Assembly (NCBI GenBank): GCA_009697505.1
Contig: SHUD01000003.1
Location: 21,919-85,918 of the forward strand
Reading direction: 5' to 3'
Origin: Bryobacterales bacterium
GTDB taxonomy: Bacteria; Acidobacteriota; Terriglobia; Bryobacterales; Bryobacteraceae
DNA length: 64,000 nt
The translations under genes and the position numbers were made by a program. Below the pieces are notes generated by a model. The model was not told the DNA's origin, did not search any database, and saw nothing but the letters and a program-made list of their open reading frames with translations. Numbering within the stretch: the first letter of the stretch is position 1; each line of letters begins with the position of its first letter. Shown here one piece after another: positions 9,503 through 19,018 of this stretch.

Positions 9503-11833
9503 TTAGTTCTTGCCTCCCGCCACCAGTTTCCAGATCTTTTCCGGAGTCAGCGGCATGTCGATGTGCCGCACACCCAAATGCGAAAGCGCGTCCACCACGG
9601 AGTTCACCAGCGACGGTGACGCGCCGATGGTGCCCGCTTCGCCGACGCCCTTGACTCCCAGCGGATTCACGGGCGACGGGGTCGTCGTGTGCTGGCTTTC
9701 AATCCACGGCATCATGTGCGCACGCGGCATGGTGTAGTCGGTATACTCGCCGGTGACCAGTTGCCCGTTGTCGTCGTAGACAGCTTGCTCCCAGAGCGCC
9801 TGGCCCATGCCCTGCGCGACGCCACCGTGAACCTGGCCGTCGACAATAAGCGGATTGATGATGTTGCCGCAGTCATCGACGGCAAGATAGCGGCGGACCG
9901 TGATCTGTCCGGTTTCCGGATCGATCTCCGTCACGGCGATGTGCGCGCCGAAGCCGAAGGTGAAGTTGGGCGGCTCCCAGAAATGCGTGGAGACCAGGCC
10001 CGGCTCGGTGTTGGGAGGAAGTTTCATGGCGCGGTAGGAGGCAGCGGCAATTTCCTTGAAGGAAACGCTCTTGCCCATCTTGTTGCAGACCACCTGGCCG
10101 TTGGCGTAGCTCACGTCGTGCGAATCCAACATGATCGCGCCGAATTTCTTCATCTTGACCTTCAGATCCTGCATCGCATAGTAGAGCGCCGTGCCGCCGA
10201 TGGCGGTCGCGCGGCTGCCGAAAGTGCCGATGCCGTAAGGAACGATCGCGGTGTCACCGCGCAGCACCAGAATGTCGTCGATGTCAACGCCGAGCTCGTC
10301 GGCGGCGAGCTGCGCGAACGTGGTTTCCTCACCCTGCCCGTGATGGCAGCTCCCGGTGAGCAGGGTGACTTTACCGGATGGCTCGACGCGCACGGTGCCG
10401 CATTCCCAACCGCCGGCGGGCGTCGCGGGCGACGGACCGAATCCGCAGATTTCGCCGTACGTGCAGATGCCGATGCCCATCAGCTTGCCTTGCTTGCGGG
10501 CTGCGGCCTGCTCGGCGCGGAGCTTGGTGTAATCGACGATGCCCATGGCTTTCTGAAGCGGCGCGGCGTAGTCGCCGGAATCGTAGGTGAGGCCGGTTGC
10601 GGTGGGGAACGGAAATTCTTCGTTGTGCACGAAGTTCTTCAGGCGGATCTCGGCCGGGTCGATTCCGAGCTCGTCGGCGAGAATATCGACCATGCGCTCG
10701 ATGCCGTGCGTGGCTTCCGGGCGGCCCGCGCCGCGATACGCGTCGGTGGGAGTGCAATTCGTGAAAACGCCGATGACTTCGGCGCGGATGTTCTTGGTGC
10801 GATAGAGGCCCGGCATCATCAGCACGCTGAGGGTGGGAATCGCGGGCCCCAGCAGTTGGTGATAGGCGCCCTGATCCTGAATCAGCTTGAGCTTAATGCC
10901 CAGGATGGTGCCGTCTTTCTTGGCCGCGACTTCGAAGTAATCGACGTGGCCGCGTCCGTGGATGGTGCACAGGAAATTCTCGCGGCGCGACTCGATCCAC
11001 TTCACGGGCTTGCCGATCTTCATCGACACAAAGCCCATCAAGGCTTCTTCGGGATAGATGTTGAGCTTGCTGCCAAAGCCGCCGCCGACTTCGGGAGCCA
11101 CCACGCGCATGCGGTTCTCTTCGAGACCCAGCATGCCCGCGACCAGCGTGCGCACCAGGTGAGGGACCTGGGTGGACGTGTAGAGGGTCATCTGCCGGTC
11201 TGCCCCGCGCCACTCGGCGAGCACTCCGCGCGTTTCCATCGCCGAGGGGATGAGGCGCTGGCTGGTGATGCGCTGCTTGACGATCACTTCGGCTTCCGCG
11301 AAGGCTTTGTCGACGTCTCCGCCCTCCTGGTTGTAAACGAAAGCCACGTTATCGGGCCATTGCGGGTGCACGGGCGGAGCGCCCGGCGCAATCGCTTTTT
11401 CAGGGTCGGCGACCGCGGGCAAAACTTCCCAGTCGACTTCGACGAGATCGGCGGCATCGCGCGCCAAATAGCGATCCGTCGCAACCACTACCGCAACGGG
11501 ATGCCCCACCAGGTAGACGCGGTCGATCGCCAAAATGTAATGGTGTGGCACGCGCAAGCCCGGCAGAGACGCGCCGCAGGGAACCGGCCCAACTTTTTCG
11601 GTGTCCTTGCCGGTGAACACGGCCACGACTCCGGGCGCTTCCGCAGCTGCCTTGATGCTGATCGAACGGATTTTCGCCGCCGCATGCGGGCTGCGCACGA
11701 TGGCCGCATGATGCATGCCCGGCATCTGCATGTCATCCACGTAAGTGGCGGTGCCGGTGATCAGGCGTGGGTCTTCGCGCCTGCGAATGCGCTTGCCGAC
11801 GAGTTTTTCGGTTTGGATGATGGTGGTGGCCAT
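9503..11833 (-). CDS. coxL: Molybdopterin-binding large subunit, form II CoxL-like
   Basis: RREDPRLITG, VGGGFGSK, active-site AYRGAGRPEA, GVKGVGEAG. Confidence 0.88.
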   Translation of the reverse strand: MATTIIQTEKLVGKRIRRREDPRLITGTATYVDDMQMPGMHHAAIVRSPHAAAKIRSISIKAAAEAPGVVAVFTGKDTEKVGPVPCGASLPGLRVPHHYILAIDRVYLVGHPVAVVVATDRYLARDAADLVEVDWEVLPAVADPEKAIAPGAPPVHPQWPDNVAFVYNQEGGDVDKAFAEAEVIVKQRITSQRLIPSAMETRGVLAEWRGADRQMTLYTSTQVPHLVRTLVAGMLGLEENRMRVVAPEVGGGFGSKLNIYPEEALMGFVSMKIGKPVKWIESRRENFLCTIHGRGHVDYFEVAAKKDGTILGIKLKLIQDQGAYHQLLGPAIPTLSVLMMPGLYRTKNIRAEVIGVFTNCTPTDAYRGAGRPEATHGIERMVDILADELGIDPAEIRLKNFVHNEEFPFPTATGLTYDSGDYAAPLQKAMGIVDYTKLRAEQAAARKQGKLMGIGICTYGEICGFGPSPATPAGGWECGTVRVEPSGKVTLLTGSCHHGQGEETTFAQLAADELGVDIDDILVLRGDTAIVPYGIGTFGSRATAIGGTALYYAMQDLKVKMKKFGAIMLDSHDVSYANGQVVCNKMGKSVSFKEIAAASYRAMKLPPNTEPGLVSTHFWEPPNFTFGFGAHIAVTEIDPETGQITVRRYLAVDDCGNIINPLIVDGQVHGGVAQGMGQALWEQAVYDDNGQLVTGEYTDYTMPRAHMMPWIESQHTTTPSPVNPLGVKGVGEAGTIGASPSLVNSVVDALSHLGVRHIDMPLTPEKIWKLVAGGKN

Positions 11834-11858
11834 AGCGATCTCCTATAACTGGCTCCGG

Positions 11859-12326
11859 TTACCTGCCCGCGCCGACGGCGGCCGCCGCCTTCACGGAATT
11901 GACGATGTGCTGATAGCCGGTGCAGCGGCACAGATTGCCTTCGATGCCGTGCCGGATCTCATCATCGGATGGGTTGGGGTTGTGGTCCAGAATCGCCTTG
12001 CAGGCCATGATCATGCCCGGCGTGCAGAAGCCGCATTGCAGGCCGTGTTGATTCCAGAAGGCCTCCTGCATGGCGTGGAGTTTGCCGTCCTGGGCCAGGC
12101 CTTCGATGGTCAGCACGTCGGCGCCGTCGGCCTGCACGGCAAACATGCCACAGCTCTTGACGGACTTGCCGTTGACTTCGATGGTACAAGCGCCGCACAG
12201 CGACGTCTCGCAGCCGATGTGGGCGCCAGTAAGGCCCGCCACGTCGCGCAGATAGTGAATCAGCAACAGCCTGGGTTCCACGTCGGGAGAGTACTTTTTT
12301 CCATTTATCGTGAGATTGATCTTCAT
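11859..12326 (-). CDS. coxS: 2x[2Fe-2S] small subunit (CoxS-like)
   Basis: [11 protein letters not shown]...[18 protein letters not shown]. Confidence 0.92.
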   Translation of the reverse strand: MKINLTINGKKYSPDVEPRLLLIHYLRDVAGLTGAHIGCETSLCGACTIEVNGKSVKSCGMFAVQADGADVLTIEGLAQDGKLHAMQEAFWNQHGLQCGFCTPGMIMACKAILDHNPNPSDDEIRHGIEGNLCRCTGYQHIVNSVKAAAAVGAGR

Positions 12327-12481
12327 GGCGGGCTCCGGGCCTCCTATAGGGCCGGATTAGAAGATAACAAAACTGGCGGGGGTAATAAAAGGGGGCGGTT
12401 GGATCATGCGGCGGGAGCGATGAACAAGAGGGCAGCCGGGTAACGCGAATGCCCCTCCGGCAGGTTACCGCACTCCTTAAT

Positions 12482-12512
12482 TTGACAGAATGTACATTTA
12501 GATGTACATTCT
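12482..12512 (+). promoter_or_regulatory. Sigma70 promoter overlapped by a TA operator
   Basis: TTGACA-17-TACATT; perfect inverted repeat AGAATGTACAT-TTAG-ATGTACATTCT containing two TGTACA hexamers. Confidence 0.8.
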
Positions 12513-12516
12513 AGCT

Positions 12517-12795
12517 ATGGCATCCCGGTATTCCGTTGCGGAGGCGCGGGCGCACCTTCCCGCGATCATCGACCAAGCCGAGTCCGGCATTCACGTAGAA
12601 CTGACTCGCCGGGGTGAACCCGTTGCGGTCTTAGTCTCCACCCACGAATTCGAGGTTCTGCGCGGGAAGAAGCGGCAGTTTAGCGACGCCTACAAGCAGT
12701 TCGTAGCCACGCACAAGTTGGCGGAAGTCGGAGTCAGTCCGCAGTTCGCTCGTGCGCTACGAGACCGTACGCCCGGGCGCGACGTCGCGCTATGA
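12517..12795 (+). CDS. Phd/YefM family antitoxin
   Basis: YSVAEARAHLPAIIDQAESG..VELTRRGEPVAVLVS. Confidence 0.88.
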   Translation: MASRYSVAEARAHLPAIIDQAESGIHVELTRRGEPVAVLVSTHEFEVLRGKKRQFSDAYKQFVATHKLAEVGVSPQFARALRDRTPGRDVAL

Positions 12796-13235
12796 CGTTG
12801 CGGTACTTGCTGGACACGAGCGTGGTCTCCGTACCGGTGTGGAAGGAGCCGGATGCGCGACTCCTGCACCGGCTGAACGCCGCCGGACCCGAGTGTGCGA
12901 TTGCGTCGCCGGTCTGGCATGAGCTCACCTATGGCTGTAGCCGCCTGGCGAAGGGGAAGCGGAGGAGCGCTCTGGAAACATATCTGCGAGATGTGGTGCG
13001 CGGCTCGTTTCCGACCCTCCCCTATGACGAGGCCGCGGCGGCGTGGCACGGCGCGGAGAGAGCGCGGCTGGAAGCGAACGGACGCCCTACGCCTTTCGTG
13101 GACGGCCAGATCGCGGCCATAGCGCAGGTGAACGGGCTGATCTTGGTCACCGCGAATGAGCGCGATTTCGCCGCCTTTTCCGATCTCAACCTCGAGAACT
13201 GGTCAACACATTCCAGGCGAAGACCGAAGAGTTGA
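12792..13235 (+). CDS. vapC: VapC PIN-domain toxin
   Basis: YLLDTSVVS, HEL..G, DGQIAAIA, LVTANERDF; ATGA overlap with antitoxin. Confidence 0.9.
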   Translation: MTLRYLLDTSVVSVPVWKEPDARLLHRLNAAGPECAIASPVWHELTYGCSRLAKGKRRSALETYLRDVVRGSFPTLPYDEAAAAWHGAERARLEANGRPTPFVDGQIAAIAQVNGLILVTANERDFAAFSDLNLENWSTHSRRRPKS

Positions 13236-13326
13236 GGCCCGGCCGCGTGGGAATGGGTCAGCCGGGTCCTATGACAGGGACCAGGAATACCCGGTCCCTG
13301 TCCCGTGTTCGGAGTGTCGGTGAGGC

Positions 13327-13545
13327 CTAGCTGTTTTGTACCGCGAGGTAGATGTTGGCCAGGATCTTCAGTACGGCGATGTCGGTGTTCGCGTCCGTAC
13401 CCACGACTTGGGCCTTCATTTCGCGCTTGTCACTCAACGTAACCGTGCTATCGGTGGCTCCGTCGATCACATGATTATTGGTCAGAATGTAGCCATCGGA
13501 GCGCACGATCACGCCCGAACTCAGGATGTTTTCTACTTGCTTGCG
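13327..13545 (-). pseudogene. Internal fragment of DegP/HtrA serine protease
   Basis: SGVIVRSDGYILTNNHVIDGA...V.LSD.R...AQVVGTD..TDIAVLKI, then the frame ends; no catalytic Ser or PDZ. Confidence 0.8.
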
Positions 13546-13669
13546 CGGCTGAATTCGTCCGTTTACGCAGGAACGCCGCAATGCACCATTCCGCTACAAT
13601 AACGCCTAGAAGCCTCAAGGACCCCTAACCGCTCCTTTACAGCCGCGGCTCGGAAACGGTGAAACCATC

Positions 13670-15130
13670 ATGACTCGACGAGACATTGCTAAGCTGGCGG
13701 CGCTGGGCATCAGCGCCCGCGCGTTGGCGCAGAAGAAGGCTCCAGAGAGCGAATCCCTGACCGGCTACGTGGCCGACTTCATCGTAAACACGCGCTATGA
13801 GGACATTCCCGCCGACGTGCTGGATTTGGCGCGCAAGTCAATCCTGGATGGCCTCGGGCTGTCGCTGTGCGGGTCGGTGGCGAAGTCGGGTGAGATCGTG
13901 CGGCAGTTCATCAAGGCCACCGCGTCGCCAGGCACGGCCACGGTGGTGGGGTCGCCGCTGAAGACCTCGCCCCGATTCGCGGCGTTCGCCAACGCGGTGA
14001 ACATTCACGCCGACGACTATGACGACACGCAGCTCGCGGTGGCGGAGAATCGCACCTACGGACTGCTCACGCATCCGACGGCGCCGGTGCTGCCCGCGGT
14101 GCTGGCCACGGCCGAGGCGCGCGGGATGTCGGGCAGGCAAATGCTACTGGCGTACAACGTCGGGGTGGAGGTTGAAACCAAGATCGCCGAGGCCATCAAC
14201 CCGCGCCACTACGAAGAAGGGTTCCATTCGACGGGCACGATGGGCGTGATGGGGTCGGCTGCGGCGATGGCCAAGATTTACGGGCTCAATCGCGCGAAAA
14301 CGCTGATCACGTTGGGTATCGCGGCGAGCGAGGGCGCGGGGTTCCGGGAAAATTTCGGCACCATGACCAAGCCGTTCCATGCCGGGCGCGCGGCCGAGAA
14401 TGGCGTGGTGGCGGCGGATTTCGCCGCGCTAGGCTGGACGGCAACAGACAAGATCCTGGAAGCTCCGCGCGGCTTCTTCCATGCGGCGGGCGGCGGCTAC
14501 GACCGCAACGCGATCATGGGTAAGCTCGGCAAGCCGTGGACATTTGCGAGCCCGGGCATCTCCATCAAGCCGTTCCCTTCCGGCTCACTCACGCATCCGG
14601 GCATGACGGCGATGGAGAAGCTGGTCCGCGAGCACAAGATCAAAGGCGATCAGGTGGATTTTCTCGAAGTGGGCACCAACAAGAACATGCCCAACACGCT
14701 GATTCACCACCAGCCCACCGATGAGCTGCAAGCCAAGTTCAGCATGGAGTTCTGCATGGCGTCACTGCTGCTCTACGGCAAGGCAGGCTTGCTCGAATTC
14801 AACGACGAAGTGGTGAACCGGCCCGAAGTGCAGGCCATGATCAAGCGGGTGAAGTTCGGAATCGACCCGGTGGCCGAGGCCGCGGGGTACAACAAGATGA
14901 CCACCATCCTGAAACTGCATCTCAAGGGTGGCCGCGTCATCGAAGGACGCGCCGATTTCGGCAAGGGCAGCCCCGCGATTCCGATGTCCTACAACGATGT
15001 CGCCGAGAAATTCCTGGATTGCGCCGGGTACGCGAAGTGGCCCACGGCGAAGGCCAAGGCCATCGTGGAGATGACACGCACGATCGAGCAGGTGCCGGAT
15101 ATGCGGAAGCTGACGGCGTTGATGAGTTAA
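13670..15130 (+). CDS. MmgE/PrpD family protein with Tat-like leader
   Basis: MTRRD leader; H.DDYDDT, GFHSTGT.G, NFGTMTKPFHAG.AA, QAKFSM. Confidence 0.88.
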   Translation: MTRRDIAKLAALGISARALAQKKAPESESLTGYVADFIVNTRYEDIPADVLDLARKSILDGLGLSLCGSVAKSGEIVRQFIKATASPGTATVVGSPLKTSPRFAAFANAVNIHADDYDDTQLAVAENRTYGLLTHPTAPVLPAVLATAEARGMSGRQMLLAYNVGVEVETKIAEAINPRHYEEGFHSTGTMGVMGSAAAMAKIYGLNRAKTLITLGIAASEGAGFRENFGTMTKPFHAGRAAENGVVAADFAALGWTATDKILEAPRGFFHAAGGGYDRNAIMGKLGKPWTFASPGISIKPFPSGSLTHPGMTAMEKLVREHKIKGDQVDFLEVGTNKNMPNTLIHHQPTDELQAKFSMEFCMASLLLYGKAGLLEFNDEVVNRPEVQAMIKRVKFGIDPVAEAAGYNKMTTILKLHLKGGRVIEGRADFGKGSPAIPMSYNDVAEKFLDCAGYAKWPTAKAKAIVEMTRTIEQVPDMRKLTALMS

Positions 15131-15954
15131 GGCTCCCTCAGCAACTCCTCTATATCATCCATCTTCTCGCCGAGCAGATTGAGTTTTCGCGAGAGGGACT
15201 GGATCTCGGCTTCGGCGCGGCGGTTGACGTCGAAATCGAGTTCGCCGCGCAGGCGGTCCTTGGTGTCCTGGCGGTTCTGGCTCATCATGATCACCGGCGC
15301 CTGGATGGCGGCCAGCATGGAAAGAAACAGATTGAGCAAGATGAAGGGGTACGGATCCCAGGCGGTCTTTCCCAGTGCGATATTGACCCCGGAGTAAGCC
15401 ACGATGGCCACTCCGAACAAGATGATAAACCCCCAGGAACCGCCGAAGTGGGCCACGGCGTCGGCAATATGCTCGCCAAAAGTCGCTTCTTCTTCGATGA
15501 CCTGATTGGGATTGCGCATGGAGCGCGTGCGAGCCAGTTCCTGCACGGCGTGAACCTGGCGGGCCATCACCGTTAAGATGTCCACACCAGCGTCCGGCTT
15601 GCGCTGGATCAGTACGGCGATATCGTTGCGGTCCACTTCGATGCAGGTGGTCTCTTCCAAAGCGAGAGCGCTGGTCCGGTGCGGTGTTTCCTCGAACATG
15701 GAGGCGAAGCCGAAGAATTCGCCGCAGGCCGGCTCATTGAGCACGACCTCCTGCTGATCGTCGTCGACGGCGGTGACGTGCACGCGGCCGGAGAGAAGCA
15801 CGTAGGCGCGGCCGCCGGGGTCGCCGGACTTGTAAATCCGTTGCCGGGGTTGAAAGGTCTTAACGTCGACTTGGCCGGCCAGCACCGCGGTTTCATCGTC
15901 GTCGAGCAGGGCGAACAGGGGAACATTTCGCAACACATCGGGAGAACAGGCCAT
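15127..15954 (-). CDS. Cyclic nucleotide-binding plus DUF1003 membrane protein
   Basis: VPLF..L, GEFFGF.S....PHRTSA; WDPYPFILLNLFLSMLAAIQAPVIMMSQNRQ. Confidence 0.9.
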   Translation of the reverse strand: MACSPDVLRNVPLFALLDDDETAVLAGQVDVKTFQPRQRIYKSGDPGGRAYVLLSGRVHVTAVDDDQQEVVLNEPACGEFFGFASMFEETPHRTSALALEETTCIEVDRNDIAVLIQRKPDAGVDILTVMARQVHAVQELARTRSMRNPNQVIEEEATFGEHIADAVAHFGGSWGFIILFGVAIVAYSGVNIALGKTAWDPYPFILLNLFLSMLAAIQAPVIMMSQNRQDTKDRLRGELDFDVNRRAEAEIQSLSRKLNLLGEKMDDIEELLREP

Positions 15955-15989
15955 GAGTCAATCGTACGATGACTCAGTTACGGACGTGT

Positions 15990-16392
15990 TTATCGATTGA
16001 GGAACGGGCGCTCTTCCACGGCAGTTCGTGCACGAACCAAAGCACCGACCGCATAGTCAAGTTCCTCGCGCCGGTGGTCGCACGTGACGTTCATACGGAG
16101 GCGCTCGGTACCCTTTGGAACCGCTGGATAGATGACCGGCATGACATAGATGCCCTCCACGTTGCATTGTCCCGCCATTGCAAAGGCCAGGGTCTCGTTC
16201 CCCAACAGAACCGGGACAATGGCCGCCCCGGTATCGCCCGTGTCGAATCCCTCTTCGTGGAGGCGGCGGATAAAATGCCGCACGTCGGACATCAGTTGTC
16301 GGCAACGAGTCGCACCTTCGATATCAAGGAGCTTGAATGCCGCTTGGGCAGCGGCGGCGGTAACCGGGGAAAGCGCGGCGCTGAAGATTGTG
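15990..16392 (-). pseudogene. C-terminal fragment of a PLP alpha-oxoamine synthase (BioF/Kbl-like)
   Basis: IFSAALSP.TAAAA..A, AIVPVLLG, YPAVPKGTERLRM; in-frame stop just upstream of IFSAA, N-terminal two thirds absent. Confidence 0.8.
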
Positions 16393-16428
16393 TCTCGTAT
16401 CGGATTACAGGCTCAAAACGACTCCCCG

Positions 16429-17061
16429 ATGGATCTTGACGATGTAATCAATTCCGCAATTCAGTTGGCCCAGGAACACGGCTATTCCTTGCAACGGCTG
16501 CGGGAAAGGGTTCAGGAGCGCTTGCTCGCGCAGCGGCCCGACCACATCCTCGTAGTATCCGATGAATCTGGATTTCGGGAATTGCTTCGCGTGGAATTGG
16601 CGGAGCACGTCAAATGTCCGGTTACGACATGTTCCACTATCGAGATCGCAGCGAACCGGGCCCTGGCCATCGGCGCACTCGTGGTGGCGGCGCATGGGAG
16701 AATTCAGGAGTGCGAGTCTTTTCTTCCCAAAGACAGGTCACCCTACGCGATAGTATTCAACGACGCTGAGCAAGAGGTCCGCCTGGTGCGAAAGCTCCGG
16801 GAGCCATCCGCGATTGCCGTCGTCTCGATTAGTGAATTCTTTCTGCGAACGGCACGCGGTGTGTTCGCCCCGGCACTGGGCCGCAGGCACACACTCCGCG
16901 AATACTTTCTACCAGTGGAGAGGCCGGGCACGCTGGACGCGTATAGCTTAGTTTTCTGTGATTCCATCGCTCGACGGCGAGTAAAATCGAAACATCTAGT
17001 TCACTACCGGCTGATTTCGTCCGCATCCCTCGAACACCTCGCGAAGGCAATGAAACCCTGA
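16429..17061 (+). pseudogene. C-terminal part of a GntR-type regulator (acidobacterial type) lacking the HTH
   Basis: LDDVI..A...G.SL..LRERV.E.L....PDHILVV resembles the effector region of acidobacterial GntR proteins (from memory); no HTH upstream. Confidence 0.55.
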
Positions 17062-17084
17062 TCCCGCCAGCGTGACAAACGGGG

Positions 17085-17420
17085 TTATTGATTCAAGAGC
17101 GGGATATCTTTGAGCGGCTTGGGGGCTGGACGGCTCGATAGATACGCGTGGATGTCGGTCAACTCAGCGTCGGAGATTACCTTAGGCGTAAAGGGCGGCA
17201 TTTGCACCGCCGGGCGGCGCACATAGGCGATGAAAGCGGCCAGCGCCGGAGGCCGCACGCCAATTCTGGGACCGGCGTTGCCGCCCTGGCCTTCATGTCC
17301 GTGGCAGGAAGAGCACATCAACTTCTCGAAAACCTTCTTGCCGTTTTCGGCGTTTCCGGCCGGAGCCTGAGCGAAAGCCGCCGGAGCCATCAGCAGGATC
17401 GCGGTGACAAGGGCCTTCAT
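17085..17420 (-). CDS. Monoheme cytochrome c
   Basis: Signal peptide, CSSCH, MPPF axial Met. Confidence 0.9.
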   Translation of the reverse strand: MKALVTAILLMAPAAFAQAPAGNAENGKKVFEKLMCSSCHGHEGQGGNAGPRIGVRPPALAAFIAYVRRPAVQMPPFTPKVISDAELTDIHAYLSSRPAPKPLKDIPLLNQ

Positions 17421-17442
17421 TTCGGGTGACCTGCCGGGTGAC

Positions 17443-18057
17443 CTACTTCGCGACCGGCTGCAAGGCGCGGCTGGCGATGATGTGATCGATCAGGCCGTAT
17501 TCCCTGGCTTGATCCGGTTCCAGGATGTAATCGCGGTCCACGTCGCGGGAGATGCGATCCACATTCTGGCCTGTGGCATCGGCCAGAATCTCATTCAGCG
17601 TCTGGCGCATGCGGAGGATTTCGCGCGCGTAAATGTCGATGTCGGTGGCCTGTCCGGCCAGGCCGCTCATGGAAGGCTGGTGGATCAAAATGCGCGAGTG
17701 CGGCAGGCTGTTGCGCTTTCCCTTAGTCCCGCAGGCCAGCAGCACGGCGGCCATGGACGCGGCCTGTCCCACGCAATAAGTGACGATGTCGGGCTCGATC
17801 AGGCGCATGGTGTCGAGGATGGCCAAGCCAGCGGTGATGGAGCCGCCCGGCGAATTGATGTAGAGCGAAATATCTTTCTCCGGATCTTCGGCGGCCAGGA
17901 ACAGCATTTGCGCGATGACCAGGTTGGCTACGTTGTCGTCGATGGGCGTGCCCAGGAAAATGATGTTTTCCTTGAGCAGGCGGGAGTAAATGTCGAAAGC
18001 GCGCTCCCCGCGCGAGGTTTGTTCGACCACCATCGGGACCAGGACGGAATTCTGCAT
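17443..18057 (-). CDS. clpP: ATP-dependent Clp protease proteolytic subunit
   Basis: [42 protein letters not shown]. Confidence 0.95.
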   Translation of the reverse strand: MQNSVLVPMVVEQTSRGERAFDIYSRLLKENIIFLGTPIDDNVANLVIAQMLFLAAEDPEKDISLYINSPGGSITAGLAILDTMRLIEPDIVTYCVGQAASMAAVLLACGTKGKRNSLPHSRILIHQPSMSGLAGQATDIDIYAREILRMRQTLNEILADATGQNVDRISRDVDRDYILEPDQAREYGLIDHIIASRALQPVAK

Positions 18058-18254
18058 GACAGGCAATCTCCTCACTGCAACTCACTGCGTCTAACGGCGC
18101 GTCTAACGGCACACAACAGGCGGTTTCACAAGCCCGCGCCGGCCAGGGCGGACGAGCAGTCGGCGCTTCTCACCCACCTCTCACCCCGGGGCCTTCGCCA
18201 GATCGGCCACGGAAGCGCCCCCAAGTAATTTATGATACGAGATCGCGGGGCGAT

Positions 18255-18938
18255 TCACAGGAGTTTGGCTTCCCGCAGCCAGCCGTGCAACACTCGGCGC
18301 GCCAAAGTGGCGGTGTCGAAGGCATGAGGGTCAATGGGCCCGGGCAGGTCTTCGACGTCTCCGCAGTTGACCGGCTGGGCGGACCAATCCTCAATCATGG
18401 CAGGGGTGATTTCCGGATGGAATTGAATGCCATAGACATTACCGGGATGGCGGAAGGCCTGGTTGCGGCAGCGGTCGGAGTAGGCCAGCCACTCCGCGCC
18501 CGCAGGCAAATCAAAAGTTTCCCCGTGCCAGTGAAAGAACGTGGTGGGCGAGGGGATGCCAGAAAATAGCGGATCTTGCTGGGCGGCTTCCGTGAAATAG
18601 AGGGGGGCCCAGCCTATCTCCTTCTCCGGGTTGCGATAGACGCGCGCTCCCAGCGCCTTGGCAATCAGTTGCGACCCCAGGCAGATGCCCAGCACGGGAA
18701 TTCCAGTTCGGATCGCTTGAGCGATCAGGCGGAGTTCCGCGGCGAGCGCGGGTAGCGGATCATTGGCGGACTGCGGTCCGCCCATCACGATGAGCCCGGA
18801 GCGGCCCGCGAGATCCAAGTCATCTCCCAAGTCACTGTATTCAAAAGGGATAGAATGCTCTTGCAGGATATCGGCGAAATACCCCAGGTGTTCAAAAGGC
18901 TCGTGGCGCAACACTAAAATGGAGCCCGAAGTGGGCAT
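18255..18938 (-). CDS. Class I glutamine amidotransferase (GuaA-N-like)
   Basis: MGGPQS, LGICLGSQ, EIGW, QFHPE triad. Confidence 0.9.
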   Translation of the reverse strand: MPTSGSILVLRHEPFEHLGYFADILQEHSIPFEYSDLGDDLDLAGRSGLIVMGGPQSANDPLPALAAELRLIAQAIRTGIPVLGICLGSQLIAKALGARVYRNPEKEIGWAPLYFTEAAQQDPLFSGIPSPTTFFHWHGETFDLPAGAEWLAYSDRCRNQAFRHPGNVYGIQFHPEITPAMIEDWSAQPVNCGDVEDLPGPIDPHAFDTATLARRVLHGWLREAKLL

Positions 18939-19018
18939 ATCGCTGCGAATTCCCTTTATTCTGCCGATACTAGGAGTAAGGGCTGGCTAGTATACCCATA
19001 TAATCATAGAGTATCCAA

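Noticed and set aside
9503..11833. Aerobic CO dehydrogenase (form I)
   Set aside because: Lacks the AYxCSFR Cu-binding motif; gene order is S-L-M
9689..11848. Long antisense ORFs (also 5222-6745, 24951-26156, 39126-40313, 45417-46709, 47458-48939)
   Set aside because: Shadow ORFs opposite well-supported genes, typical of high-GC DNA; no recognisable motifs
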